A stretch of DNA of 64,000 nucleotides from Alphaproteobacteria bacterium (GTDB lineage Bacteria; Pseudomonadota; Alphaproteobacteria; UBA828), in assembly GCA_965221125.1 (NCBI GenBank), contig CBDCRW010000007.1, positions 128,001 through 192,000 of the forward strand. Reading direction: 5' to 3'. Below, one piece after another: positions 49,970 through 60,531 of this stretch (its first letter is position 1; each line of letters begins with the position of its first letter). Position numbers and translations under genes: made by a program. Below the pieces are notes generated by a model. That model had not been told where the DNA came from and made no database searches. It worked only from the letters and a program-made list of their open reading frames with translations.

Positions 49970-51283
49970 CTATCGGGTTTGCCCGGGGTAGACCGGGAAT
50001 GCGGCGCAGAGCGCGCGGACCTCCTCGCGGATCTCCGCCGCGCGGGCCTCGCTGCTGCCCTCCGCGTCGGCCTCGCGATCGAGCAGATCGGCGATCCAGT
50101 TCGCGATCCGCTGGAACTCGGCCGTGCCGAAGCCGCGGCTCGTCGCCGCCGGCGAGCCCAGCCTGATGCCCGACGTGATCCACGGCTTCTGGGGATCGAA
50201 GGGGACGCCGTTCTTGTTGCAGGTGATCCCGGCGTGCTCCAGCACGGCCTCCGCCAGCTTGCCGGTGAGCCTCTTGGCGCGGAGGTCGACCAGCAGCAGG
50301 TGCGTGTCCGTCCCGCCCGAGACGATGTCGTAGCCCCGCTCGATCAGCGCGCTCGCGAGCGCCTGGGCGTTGGCCACGACCTGCCGGGCGTAGTCCTTGA
50401 ACGCGGGCGTCATCGCCTCGCCGAACGCCACCGCCTTGGCCGCGATGACGTGCTCCAGCGGCCCGCCCTGCAGGCCGGGGAAGACGGCGGAGTTGATGCG
50501 CTTCGCCAGCGCCTCGTCGTCGGTCAGGATCATGCCGCCGCGCGGGCCGCGCAGGGTCTTGTGGGTGGTGGTCGTGACGATGTGGGCGTGCGGGAAGGGG
50601 TTGGGGTGAATCCCCGCCGCCACCAGACCCGCGAAGTGGGCCATGTCGACCATGAAGACCGCATCGATCGAATCCGCGATCCGGCGGAAGCGCGCGAAGT
50701 CGATGATGCGGGGATAGGCGGAGCCGCCGGCGAGGATCAGCCTGGGCTTCTCAGCCTGCGCCAGCGCCTCCACCTCGTCGAAGTCGATGCGACCGTCCTG
50801 GCGGCGGACGCCGTACTGGATCGCCCGGAACCACTTGCCGGAGAGGTTGGGCGGCGCGCCATGCGTGAGGTGCCCGCCCGCCGCGAGCGAGAGGCCGAGG
50901 AAGGCGTCGCCCGGCTCCAGCGTCGCGAGAAAGGCCGCCTGGTTGGCCTGCGCGCCCGAATGGGGCTGCACGTTGGCGAAGCCGCAGCCGAACAGCGCGA
51001 TCGCGCGTTCGATCGCGAGGCTCTCGGAGATATCCACGTTCTCGCAGCCGCCGTAGTAGCGCCGGCCGGGATAGCCCTCGGCGTACTTGTTGGTGAGCAC
51101 CGAGCCCTGCGCCTCCAGCACGGCGCGGCTCACGATGTTCTCGGACGCGATCAGCTCGATGGTCGTCTGCAGGCGTTCGACCTCGCCGGTCACCGCCGCG
51201 TGCACCGCCGGGTCGGCCTGCTGCAGCGAGCCGGTGAAGAACGAGGTTCCGGCCCCGCCTTCGGGGCGCGTGGATGCAGCCAC
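49970..51283 (-). CDS. glyA: Serine hydroxymethyltransferase
   Basis: [38 protein letters not shown]. Confidence 0.97.
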   Translation of the reverse strand: MAASTRPEGGAGTSFFTGSLQQADPAVHAAVTGEVERLQTTIELIASENIVSRAVLEAQGSVLTNKYAEGYPGRRYYGGCENVDISESLAIERAIALFGCGFANVQPHSGAQANQAAFLATLEPGDAFLGLSLAAGGHLTHGAPPNLSGKWFRAIQYGVRRQDGRIDFDEVEALAQAEKPRLILAGGSAYPRIIDFARFRRIADSIDAVFMVDMAHFAGLVAAGIHPNPFPHAHIVTTTTHKTLRGPRGGMILTDDEALAKRINSAVFPGLQGGPLEHVIAAKAVAFGEAMTPAFKDYARQVVANAQALASALIERGYDIVSGGTDTHLLLVDLRAKRLTGKLAEAVLEHAGITCNKNGVPFDPQKPWITSGIRLGSPAATSRGFGTAEFQRIANWIADLLDREADAEGSSEARAAEIREEVRALCAAFPVYPGQTR

Positions 51284-51306
51284 GTTCGTTTCCCTTTCCT
51301 CGCTGA

Positions 51307-51741
51307 TCAGGAGAGCTTGGCCACGCGCCTGCCGTGGCGGCCGCCCTCGAATGCGGTGTCCAGGAATGCCTGCAGGCAGCGGCGCGCGGTCTCCTCCGAC
51401 ACACGCCGGGCGCCGAGCGCCAGCACGTTCGCGTCGTTGTGCGCGCGCGCGAGCCGCGCTTCCTCCGCGTCGTGGCAGAGCGCGCCGCGCACCGCGCGGC
51501 TGCGGTTGACTGCGATGCTCATGCCGATACCGCTCCCGCAAATAAGCACGCCCCGGTCGGCGCGCCCGCTCTCGATCTCGCTCGCCAGGGCCCGCGCGTA
51601 GTCGGGGTAGTCGACCGGGCCGTCGTCGCTGGGCCCGAGATCGATCACCTCGCGCCCCGCCGCCTCGAGCGCGGCGCGCAGGACCGCCTTGAGGCCGACT
51701 CCCGCGTGGTCGGAAGCGATGGCGAATCGGTCGTCTGACAT
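51307..51741 (-). CDS. rpiB: Ribose 5-phosphate isomerase B
   Basis: [32 protein letters not shown]. Confidence 0.95.
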   Translation of the reverse strand: MSDDRFAIASDHAGVGLKAVLRAALEAAGREVIDLGPSDDGPVDYPDYARALASEIESGRADRGVLICGSGIGMSIAVNRSRAVRGALCHDAEEARLARAHNDANVLALGARRVSEETARRCLQAFLDTAFEGGRHGRRVAKLS

Positions 51742-51851
51742 GGCCACTCCCCGCGCGGCCCGTGGCGGCCCTGTATACGCCCATGCCCGAGATTCGGGCA
51801 ACACTTAGTGCATGCCCCTATCCTTGGGGGCCTTGTACGGGCGCACGCAGT

Positions 51852-52703
51852 TCAGGAAGCGTCGGGCGTGGAGAGCGCGGCCTGATCGTGCGGGTGATCC
51901 TCGGGCCGCATGAAGCGCCGGGCGGCGCCGGCATGGATGCCGCCCCGCTCCTTCACCGCGCTGTCCGGCAATGTCCGCAGCGGCGTGTAGCGCGGCATGT
52001 GGTGGTCCTTGTAGGGGTCGTTACGGGCGGCGTTGTAGCAGCAGAGCAGCACGTTGCGGCTCTGCGTCGAGGTGTTCTTCGACGAGCCGTGCAGCGTGTT
52101 GCAGTGGAGAAAGAGCGCGTCGCCGGCCGCCATCTCGCAGGCGACCACCTCCAGCCGCTCCACGGCGTGGGCGACCCGCTCGGGATCCGCGGTGAGCTGG
52201 CCGCCCACCAGCTCATGGTCGAGGCGGCCCATGCGGGCGGAGCCCCGGATGACGCGGAGGCACCCGTTCTCCTCCGTCGCCGGGTCGATGGCGATGAAGA
52301 CGCTCAGCATGTCGGGGAACAGGTTGCCGTTGAAATACCAGTAGCCGTAGTCCTGATGCCAGTTCCAGGCGCCCCCGGTCTCGGGCGCCTTGAGCGTGAG
52401 CTTGGAGTGGTAGTGGTAGACCTCGCCGCCCAGCAGCCGCGCGGCGCCTCCCGCCACCCGCTCGCAACGCGCGATGGCGCCGAAGAGGTCGTCGCCGGGA
52501 TCGGTCCACAGCACCGTCGTGGTGACGCTGCCCTCGGCGTCGCGCATCGCCATGGTGTTGCGCCGGTCACGCAAGCCCTCGTCGCCCGCCAGCGCGCGGC
52601 GCATCAGCGCGACTTCCTCGGCATCGAAGAGCGCCGGCTTGTGCAGGTAGCCGTCCCGGTGGAAGCGGGCCACCTCGTCGGCGCTCAGGCGGCGGTCGTC
52701 CAT
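51852..52703 (-). CDS. PhyH-family Fe(II)/2-oxoglutarate dioxygenase
   Basis: WHQD (HxD), ENGCL, LHGS distal His, downstream Arg. Confidence 0.88.
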   Translation of the reverse strand: MDDRRLSADEVARFHRDGYLHKPALFDAEEVALMRRALAGDEGLRDRRNTMAMRDAEGSVTTTVLWTDPGDDLFGAIARCERVAGGAARLLGGEVYHYHSKLTLKAPETGGAWNWHQDYGYWYFNGNLFPDMLSVFIAIDPATEENGCLRVIRGSARMGRLDHELVGGQLTADPERVAHAVERLEVVACEMAAGDALFLHCNTLHGSSKNTSTQSRNVLLCCYNAARNDPYKDHHMPRYTPLRTLPDSAVKERGGIHAGAARRFMRPEDHPHDQAALSTPDAS

Positions 52704-52910
52704 CGTCTCCCCCCACGGCCAGCATGCTTCTTCGGACCAAAACCTTGCGGCGAGACTTGACCGAATAGGCATAGTCGATGCCTAATGGCTCGCAGTTGTT
52801 GCGCAGCGCCTCCCGCCTCCGCGGTGGCGTTTGTGTGACCGGGCCCGTACGCGCCCGAACCCTGTGAGAGGCCTCACTTCGAACCCTTGAAGATTAGGGA
52901 GACCATACGC

Positions 52911-53141
52911 ATGTCGTCAACGGAAGCCCGCCTGCGGACAATCATCAGCGACAGCTTCGACCTGGACCACGATCCGGATTTCGACCGGGCGTTCAGTGAC
53001 GCCGGAGTCTCTTCGGTGGATGCGGTCGCGTTCTACAAGACGGTCAATCAGGAGTTCGGCCTGAACATGGTCGCGGAGGACTGCCTGCAGTTCAATACGC
53101 TGCGCGAGCTCGTGACCTATATCGATGCCCGCGCCGGGTGA
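52911..53141 (+). CDS. Stand-alone acyl carrier protein with atypical GVSS motif (SupB-like)
   Basis: 76-aa acidic protein; FSDAGVSSVDAVAF...EFG...TLRELVTYID ACP pattern; RBS GGGAG. Confidence 0.75.
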   Translation: MSSTEARLRTIISDSFDLDHDPDFDRAFSDAGVSSVDAVAFYKTVNQEFGLNMVAEDCLQFNTLRELVTYIDARAG

Positions 53142-53284
53142 CGCTCCCCGGCGCCACGTGAGCACGGCCGGCCGCCTCCGGATGCGGGGGCGGTCGGCAA
53201 TTCCGGCACCGGCCGCAGCCGGATCCGGCCCATGGTGAGTCCCCGCCCGAAGCCCGGCGCCGGGAGGAGCCCCGACCCTCCGCC

Positions 53285-54184
53285 ATGACGACAGACGCGG
53301 TCTGGGAGATACCCCGGCCCCTTTCGACGCTGGATGTCCGCCTCGACGCCGCTACCGTCACCACGGTGCGGCGGCACGGCAATCCGTCGGGCCCCAGGAT
53401 CGTCCTGAGCCACGGCAGCGGTCTCGCCGCCGATCTCTACTATCCGTTCTGGTCCCTGCTCGCGGACGACTATGACCTTGCGGTCTACGACCTCAGGAAC
53501 CACGGCTGGAACGGCGTCGGCGCCCAGACGGATCACAACGTTCCGACCATGATCCGCGACCACGACCTCATTCTCGAGGCCGTCGACCGCACCTATGGCA
53601 GCAAGCCGACCGTCGGCATCTTTCACTCGCTGACGACGGTCGTGACGCTGCTCTCGTTCAGCAGGCTGTATTCGGCGCTGGTCCTGTTCGACCCGCCCCT
53701 GACCAGGCCGGGCGCGAGCCACACGGAGCTTCACGACGCTGCCGAGCGCGGGGCGGCCCAGATCCGCCGGCGGGGACACCACTTCAGGAGGCGGGAGGAC
53801 TTTGTCGAGATCCTGGAGATCTTTCCGACCTTCAAGCGCGCCGTTCCCGGCGTGCACGAGCTGATGGCGCGGACGACGCTCCGGGAGGCCGCGAGCGGAG
53901 AGGGCTATGAGCTTCGCTGCCCCCGCGAGTACGAGGCGCAGATGATGGACTACGCGCGGAGCTTCTTCCCGCTGCTGGACCTCGAGCTGGTCTCGTGTCC
54001 GACGAAGATCGTCGGCGCGGACCCCACCCTGCCGCATGCGTACCTGCCGACGCTCGACCAGCGGCTCGTCTCGGCCATGGACTACGACTTCATCCCCGAG
54101 GCGACGCACTTCCTGCAGCTGGAGAAGCCCGCGGAGTGCGTCGCCGTGACCCGCGCCTTCCTGAAACGCCACGGCCTCGCGTAG
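53285..54184 (+). CDS. Alpha/beta hydrolase (Sup-cluster accessory hydrolase-like)
   Basis: SHGSG oxyanion motif, YDLRNHG, GIFHSL nucleophile elbow, THFLQLE. Confidence 0.8.
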   Translation: MTTDAVWEIPRPLSTLDVRLDAATVTTVRRHGNPSGPRIVLSHGSGLAADLYYPFWSLLADDYDLAVYDLRNHGWNGVGAQTDHNVPTMIRDHDLILEAVDRTYGSKPTVGIFHSLTTVVTLLSFSRLYSALVLFDPPLTRPGASHTELHDAAERGAAQIRRRGHHFRRREDFVEILEIFPTFKRAVPGVHELMARTTLREAASGEGYELRCPREYEAQMMDYARSFFPLLDLELVSCPTKIVGADPTLPHAYLPTLDQRLVSAMDYDFIPEATHFLQLEKPAECVAVTRAFLKRHGLA

Positions 54185-54280
54185 AGCGCCGCGGTCGCAT
54201 TGCCTTGCCCTCGGGCGTCAGCGTCAGCGAGCCCTCGCCGTGGCCCTCCGGCTGCGCGGCCGAACGTTGCGCCGCGGTGG

Positions 54281-55126
54281 TTAGCGGCTGCGCAGGCGCT
54301 CGGAGCGTCTGCGCAACAGCTCGATGGTGATGAGGAGGCAGATGGAGACGGCGATCAGCAACGTGGCGACTGCCAGGATCGTGGGGTTGATCTGCTCGCG
54401 CAGGCCCGAGAACATCTGGCGGGGGATGGTGCGCTGATCGGGCCCCGCGAGGAAGAGCACCAGCACCACCTCGTCGAACGACGTGACGAAGGCGAAGAGC
54501 GCCCCCGAGATGACGCCTGGCCGGATCAGCGGCAGGACAACCCGGAAGAAGGTGCGGATCGGCCTGGTGCCGAGGCTGATCCCCGCGTTGTAGAGCCCGC
54601 GGTCGAAGCCCGTGAGCGTGGCGGTGACGGTGACGATGACGAAGGGGATGCCGAGCGCCGCGTGGGCGATGATGAGGCCGGGGAAGGTGCCGACGAGCCC
54701 GAAGCGCGTGTAGAAGAAGAACATGCCCGCGGCGATGATGATGAGCGGCACGATCATCGGCGAGAGCAGCAGCGCGGTGATGGTTCGCCGGAACGGCATG
54801 TCCGAGCTGGCGAGACCGACGGCGGCGACGGTGCCGAGTATCGTCGCCACGATGGTCGCGAAGATGCCGACGATGAAGCTGTTCTGGATCGCCAGCATCC
54901 AGTTGGGAGTCTCGAGGATCGTGACGTACCAGCGCAGCGAATAGGCGCTCGCCTCGAAGGCCAGCATTTCCTCGGTAAACGTGAAGTAGGGCTGGCTGTT
55001 GAAGGAGAGCGGGATGATGACGAGGATCGGCAGGATCAGAAAGAACAGCACGGCGCCGGCGCAGCCGCGCAGGGCATAGACCCCGAGCTTGTTCCAGATC
55101 GTGAAGTATTCGGGGAAGCTCGCCAC
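54281..55126 (-). CDS. Polyamine ABC permease (PotC-like)
   Basis: SLRWY, PMIVP, LPLIRPG, SFDEVV. Confidence 0.9.
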   Translation of the reverse strand: MASFPEYFTIWNKLGVYALRGCAGAVLFFLILPILVIIPLSFNSQPYFTFTEEMLAFEASAYSLRWYVTILETPNWMLAIQNSFIVGIFATIVATILGTVAAVGLASSDMPFRRTITALLLSPMIVPLIIIAAGMFFFYTRFGLVGTFPGLIIAHAALGIPFVIVTVTATLTGFDRGLYNAGISLGTRPIRTFFRVVLPLIRPGVISGALFAFVTSFDEVVLVLFLAGPDQRTIPRQMFSGLREQINPTILAVATLLIAVSICLLITIELLRRRSERLRSR

Positions 55127-55129
55127 GGC

Positions 55130-56401
55130 TCAGCCGAGCTTGATGTTCTTGGCCCCGACGAGGCGGTCGTAGAGCCAGTAAAGGACGATGATCACGAAGA
55201 GCAGAAGCGTGCCCAGCGCGGCCGCGAGCTCCCAGTTGTTCGACTGCTGCATGTGGAAGGCGATGATGTTGGAGATCATCTGTCCGTCGGTCCCGCCGAC
55301 CAGGGCAGGCGTGATGTAGTAGCCGACGGAAATGATGAAGACCAGCAACGCGCCCGCCGATAGCCCCGGCAAGGTCATCGGGAAATAGACCCGGATGAAG
55401 GCGGCGATGGGCCCGGAGCCCAGGGACAGCGCGGCGCGCATGTAGCTGCGGTCGATGCCCTTCATGACGCTGTAAAGCGGCAGCACCATGAAGGGCAACA
55501 AGATGTGCGTCATCGCCACGATGGTGGCGAACTCCGTGTACATCATCTCGAACGGCTCGTCGGTCAGCCCGATCCCCATGAGGAAGGAATTGACCACGCC
55601 GTTCGTTTGCAAGAGCGCGATCCACGACGTCGTTCGGACCAGGAGCGAGGTCCAGAACGGCAGCAGCACGAAGATCAGCAGGATGCCGGCGGCCTTCGCC
55701 GGCAGGCCGGCAATCACGTAGGCGAGGGGATAGCCCAGGACGAGCGTGAGCACGGTGATAATCAGCGCGATCTTCAGCGTCTTGAGATAGAGCTGGATAT
55801 AGATGCGTGCTGACTCGCGCTGCTGGATGCCGCCCGACGGGCCTCGTTCGAGGTCGAGCGCCGTCAGGAAGTTCCGTTCGGAGTAGCTGCGGCCGACCTC
55901 GCGCACGGTGGACCAGAGGGCGGGGTCCGCCCACTTCTTGTGGGCGGCGAGCAGGAGGGCGGCGCCGTCGGCCGCAAGCTCCTCGTCCGCGACGCGGCGC
56001 ATCTTGCGGGCGGTCGACTTCACCACGCTGGACGTGCCCGGCAGGCCGCGGTTGAGCTCTTCGGCGAGCTTGCCCGAGGTGCGATCGTTGGCGAGGCGCT
56101 TGAGATCGATCGCCATGGAGGTGAGCACGGCCTCGCCCGGCGTGCCTTCGCCGCTCCAGCCCTGCAGGACCTCCAGGGTGTTCGGGATCAGCTCCACCGC
56201 AGTCGGGTTGTGGACGCTGCGGTGCAGCATGGTCGCGACCGGGGCGAAGAAGGCGAAGGCCACAAAGGCCAACAACGGCAGCACCAGCGCCAGCGCGACC
56301 AGGCGCCGGCGGTTCAGCGCCCGCGACGCGACCCGCGCTTCTTCCCGGGTGAGCCCGCGCGGGGCGTGTGCGGCCGCAGGCTGAAGCGCGGTTTCGGTCA
56401 T
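55130..56401 (-). CDS. Polyamine ABC permease (PotB-like)
   Basis: LGYPLAY, LLPFWTSLLVR, LPFMVLPLY, YITPALVGG. Confidence 0.9.
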   Translation of the reverse strand: MTETALQPAAAHAPRGLTREEARVASRALNRRRLVALALVLPLLAFVAFAFFAPVATMLHRSVHNPTAVELIPNTLEVLQGWSGEGTPGEAVLTSMAIDLKRLANDRTSGKLAEELNRGLPGTSSVVKSTARKMRRVADEELAADGAALLLAAHKKWADPALWSTVREVGRSYSERNFLTALDLERGPSGGIQQRESARIYIQLYLKTLKIALIITVLTLVLGYPLAYVIAGLPAKAAGILLIFVLLPFWTSLLVRTTSWIALLQTNGVVNSFLMGIGLTDEPFEMMYTEFATIVAMTHILLPFMVLPLYSVMKGIDRSYMRAALSLGSGPIAAFIRVYFPMTLPGLSAGALLVFIISVGYYITPALVGGTDGQMISNIIAFHMQQSNNWELAAALGTLLLFVIIVLYWLYDRLVGAKNIKLG

Positions 56402-56463
56402 CGAGGTTGGAAGGCGAGCGACGGCGCCGGGCTTGCTGCCGGCGCCGCCATCCCGCGGTCAGG

Positions 56464-57009
56464 CTACTGCAGTAGCCACTCGTTGAACTTCTCGCCAAGG
56501 GACTCGCCGAAATCGGCCCAGAAGATGCCGTCCGCCTTCAGCCCGATGTCGATATGCGCCGTCGGCAGATCGTTCTGCACCGCCGGATCCACCAAAGCCG
56601 CCGCGGACCGGCGCGTCGGCCCGTAGGCCACGTCCTGCATGCCGGAAAGCGGCACCGTGCCGGTCGCGAACGTCACGAAGTCCATCGCCTGCTCCATGTT
56701 CGGCGAGCCCTTCACCACCGACCACACGTCGAGGTCGAAGATGTGGCTGTCCCAGACCATGACGAAGGGACGGTCATGGTCCTGGATGTCCTTGAAGATG
56801 CGGCCGTTGGCCGACTGCACCAGGACCGCCCCGCCGTCGTTCAGAAGCTGGGGCGCCTGCGACCATGACTCGTACCAGACGAGATCGTCCCTGATGGTAT
56901 CGAGCTTAACGAAGGCCCGCGCCTGGCCCTCGTCCGTCGCCAGCGTCTCGTACACCTGGTCGCGCGGCACGCCGTCGGCGATGAGCGCCCACTCGAGATT
57001 GCCCGGCAC
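56464..57009 (-). pseudogene. Polyamine ABC substrate-binding protein, C-terminal half only
   Basis: [11 protein letters not shown]...AFVKLD...ANGRI...FNEWL; no signal peptide; fused directly to IS5 sequence. Confidence 0.82.
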
Positions 57010-57554
57010 CGGCACCCGCCTTGTAGGGCGGCGGCCGCGAGGCCGAGGCCACCAAGGTCGCGTCCATCAGCGTGCCCTTGCGCAGGATCAGACCGGCGGC
57101 ATCCAGCTGACGGTTGATCTCCTCGAACGCCGCCTCCAGGACCGCGCCTGCGTCCGCGCGGAAGCGGCAGATCGTGGTCTCGTCCGGCGTGCCCCCATCC
57201 AGCGCAAAGCCGCAGAAGCGCCGGAACGAGAGCCGGTCCAGCAGCGCCTCCTCCAGGCCGGGGTCCGAAAGGTCGTAGAGCGCCTGAAGATAGAGAGCCT
57301 TCAGCATCGCCAGCGGCGCATAGGGCGGACGACCCCGGCGTCCCTCGCGCACACGCGACGCCAGACGCTCCAGCCGAGACCAGTCGATCAGGGCGTCCAG
57401 ACGCTCCAGCTTCCGGTTTGTCCCCAGCCCCGCAGACATGAACGCTTCCGCAAACCCCAGCTGACCCGTGCCGCTCATCGAATCGACCTCCCCATCGCTG
57501 CAGCAACGAATCACATGCCACCCAATCCGCAAACCCACTTTCGCAGAGGAATCC
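57010..57554 (-). mobile_element. Truncated IS5-family element (one end plus transposase N-terminal part)
   Basis: End GGATTCCTCTGCGAAAGT at 57554; [34 protein letters not shown]; C-terminal catalytic part missing. Confidence 0.85.
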
Positions 57555-57657
57555 TTGAGGGGGTAGGCGAGGTTCTCGGCCACCGTCATGTGGGGGAACA
57601 GCGCGTAGTTCTGGAAGACGATGCCGATGTTGCGCTTGTTGGGCGCGGTGCGGATGA
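57555..57657 (-). pseudogene. Internal fragment of polyamine ABC ATPase (PotA-like)
   Basis: [31 protein letters not shown]. Confidence 0.85.
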
Positions 57658-58079
57658 TGACGGAGACCGAGGACGGCGTCCTTGCCTGGATGGTTCTCAG
57701 GCAGGTCGATGATTACCGGAAAGCCTGGCGCTGGCACGGCGCAGCCGCTGGGGTGTCGGCCGCGCTTGAACCCGGACGCTTCCGCATCCGTATTCAGACG
57801 GCGGCCGACCTGGAGGCGGAGCGGTTCGAGATGTTCTCCTGGGAATATCCCTGGAGAGCGGACGGCCTCGCCTCAGTCTTCTGGCGCCAGGACGGGATGC
57901 CGGAGGGCGTGCTGGAGCCGGGCGCGGAGCCGCTGGTCGGGATGATCGGAGACCGCGGCTTGATCGAGGGGCTGCGCCTGCTGGACGGCGATCTGGTGCT
58001 CAAGATCGAATTTGGCGGCGCGGCGGTCCATGTCCGTCTCAAGAATGTGGCGCGGTTCCCCGACGACGGGGCATATTGA
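57654..58079 (+). pseudogene. N-terminal fragment of a DUF6499/DUF2285-like ICE-associated regulator
   Basis: AWMVLR..DDYRKAW...FSWEYP...VFW...GLRLLDGDLVLKIE pattern, recognised from memory; cut off by the istB fragment. Confidence 0.4.
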
Positions 58080-58605
58080 TCAAGCACGCGTTCGCCGCCT
58101 GCCAGAAGGACCTCGCCGTCCGCTTCATCACCGCCTCCCAGATGGTCCAAGAGATGATCGAGGCGCGCGACGAGAGGAGACTGTTCCGCTTCCAGGACCA
58201 ACTCGCCAAGGTGAACCTGCTGATCGTCGACGAACTCGGCTACGTGCCCCTGTCGCAATCCGGAAGCGAGCTGCTGTTCGACATCTTCAGCCGGCGCTAC
58301 GAAAATGGCGCAACCATCGTGACCTCGAACCTGCCCTTCCAGGAATGGACCTCGGTCTTCGCCAGCGAACGCCTCACCGGCGCATTGCTCGACCGCATCA
58401 CCCACCACGTCCATATCCTGGAGATGAACGGCGAAAGCTACAGGCTCAAGCAGAGCCGATCACGGCGCCGGCCTACCTCCGAATAACCCCGCTTGCTCCC
58501 GTGGGCCCACAGGCCCCTCCCGTGGACTACGGGGACAAGCTGCCGTCGTGCCAGTGGTACATTTTTGCTGCGCCGCTCTGGCGCATAATCCCGCCGCCGT
58601 TGGCA
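58076..58605 (+). mobile_element. istB: IS21-family remnant: istB C-terminal part (58076-58486) plus right end
   Basis: LLIVDELGYVP, RRYE, TSNLPFQEW, ALLDRITHH, NGESYR; end with internal TGG...GCCG repeats terminating in CA at 58605; Walker A absent. Confidence 0.85.
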
Positions 58606-58608
58606 TCC

Positions 58609-58747
58609 ACGGGATGCCGCGCAGGATGAACAGGTCGGCCAGCACGTCGATGACGTCGATCGAGGAGAGCTTGCGCCGAACCCGCGTCGCCAGGCTCTCG
58701 CGGCTGAACTCGTCCAGGACATTGAGCATACGGAAGGCCCGGCCATC
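58609..58747 (-). mobile_element. IS3-family transposase OrfB fragment
   Basis: DGRAFRMLNVLDEFSRESLA...DVIDVLADLFILRGIP. Confidence 0.82.
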
Positions 58748-59251
58748 AAAAACATCAAATTCTCCCCAACCTTGGGGACGCGCGACGGCACGCAGTTCGG
58801 CTACCGTACACTCCTTAGTCGGCGACGCCTTCCCGAATCGATGGCGAAACTGGCTGTGATCGGAGGAAGAGCCTGGGGTGGACTTTGCGAATCTGTCACG
58901 GAACACGCAGACGCCGGTCGAGCTGGTCAGCGCCTCAGAACTGGCATGCCGGCTCTGAGGCAAACAAACCAGGATTCTCTCGGAACCGGCGGTCCAACCA
59001 TCGGGGCACGCCCCGCGTGACTTACTCTGAAGTTAGAGCTGGACCACTTGAAGAGAATAGGCCTGACAGAGCGCTTTGAATTAGAAATATTCGATGGGGG
59101 AAATATCCGACGGTACCGCAACAACGAAAGCAGCGATAGATATCATGCATCTACTTCGAGAAGCTCTCCAGGACGACAGCGACCATAGGCTGCACCCGCA
59201 ATGAACCCGACGAGTTGAACTGGATTAACGGCTTTGATGAATAAGAGTGCT

Positions 59252-60430
59252 ATGAAGCATCTAGTGCTTTCTCTTTGCACGCTGGGAATGTTCCTCTACA
59301 TCCTTGGGGCGTTCACAACAGCAGCTTCAGCAGATATTATTCCGTCATGCCAGTGACTTTCTGAGCACTATCCGAAATACTACGTAACTAAACGCGCCAA
59401 CGTACGCGACGCTCCCAACACGCAGGGTAAGGTAGTCACTACACTGTCGCCTGGCTCAATAGTCTACACAAATGAAAAGACTCGAACCACATCAGAAAAT
59501 CCTGAGAATTGGTACATACTTTTGGCCACAACAGATCTCCCTGCAATTTCTGGATGTGGTGGTGGATTCATTCATCCTAGCTTCGTCTCCACAACTCCCC
59601 CTTCTACACAGCAGGCCGAAACTTCACCTTCTTCGGAAAGGACGATAGCATATAGCAATGGAGATCGCTACCGGGGCCAAGTGCGAAGGGGAATACCGCA
59701 CGGCCGCGGCCTCTATACGTGGGCCAGCGGCTCGCGATACGAGGGCGAGTTTCGCGACGGCAAAAGGCACGGTCGTGGCACTATCACCTATTACGATGGT
59801 AGGCGTTTCGAAGGCGAGTGGGGCGACGACAAATGGCTCCGAGGCCGGGAGGTGGCTTCCCAGCAGGCTGAACAGCCAAAGGGTGGCGACCAGCAACGCG
59901 GAGACATGAGCGGTGATAAAGGAGCTCTATGGGGTGCGATCGTGCTTTCAGCGCATTGGGGCGATTATTCAAACGACAAAAATTATGCTGTCGCGTGGAA
60001 TTATCCCTCTCAAAGCACGGCCATTGAAGCTGCTATCGACAGATGCGTCAGTAGGAATCTACGGGGAAACTGTGGTCGGAATGGGGTGTATTATTCGCGT
60101 GAAGCCGGCTATGCAAGTCACGTTGCTTTCTCTAGCGCTGCGCAGCGACATGATTCCATCCTAGACAGCAACGATTATCCCGAGACTAGCTACCTTTCAC
60201 CCGGTCTTGCACGAAAGAACAAGGGCACATCGGCTGTCGTCCGCCACAAATGTGTCCTTGTCTGGTCGGAACTGAAGACCAACTTGGAGGGAGACCCTAA
60301 TACGCCGTTGGCTGTTTTTGCGGCCACTGAAACCAAGGCTCGCACCACGTTCAGTACCCATTGGTCTAGGTCCGCTGTTGTCTCTAGCTATTGGAGAGAT
60401 GAGTTAAAAGTTTATTGCAACGATCATTGA
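59252..60430 (+). pseudogene. Secreted SH3b + MORN-repeat + DUF4189-like protein with in-frame TGA at codon 35
   Basis: MKHLVLSLCTLGMFLYILGAFTTAASA signal; TGA 59354-56; ANVRDAPNTQGKVV (SH3b); three YxGx..G..HGRG MORN-type repeats; WGAI...AWNYPS...AIDRC. Confidence 0.72.
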
Positions 60431-60531
60431 CGGCGATGGTTCGACAACTACAGCCTGCCAGCACCCGAAGACGCGAACAAGGTGTTCCAGTTGCTTCGTC
60501 ACTCCTTTCAACTGTCGATGGGGGACTTACA

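Noticed and set aside
56906-57589. 227-aa ORF as a real fusion gene
   Set aside because: Chance read-through of the potA fragment, IS5 end and truncated transposase.
59354-59356. Selenocysteine recoding
   Set aside because: No redox-enzyme context and no obvious SECIS hairpin; surrounding genes are also decaying.
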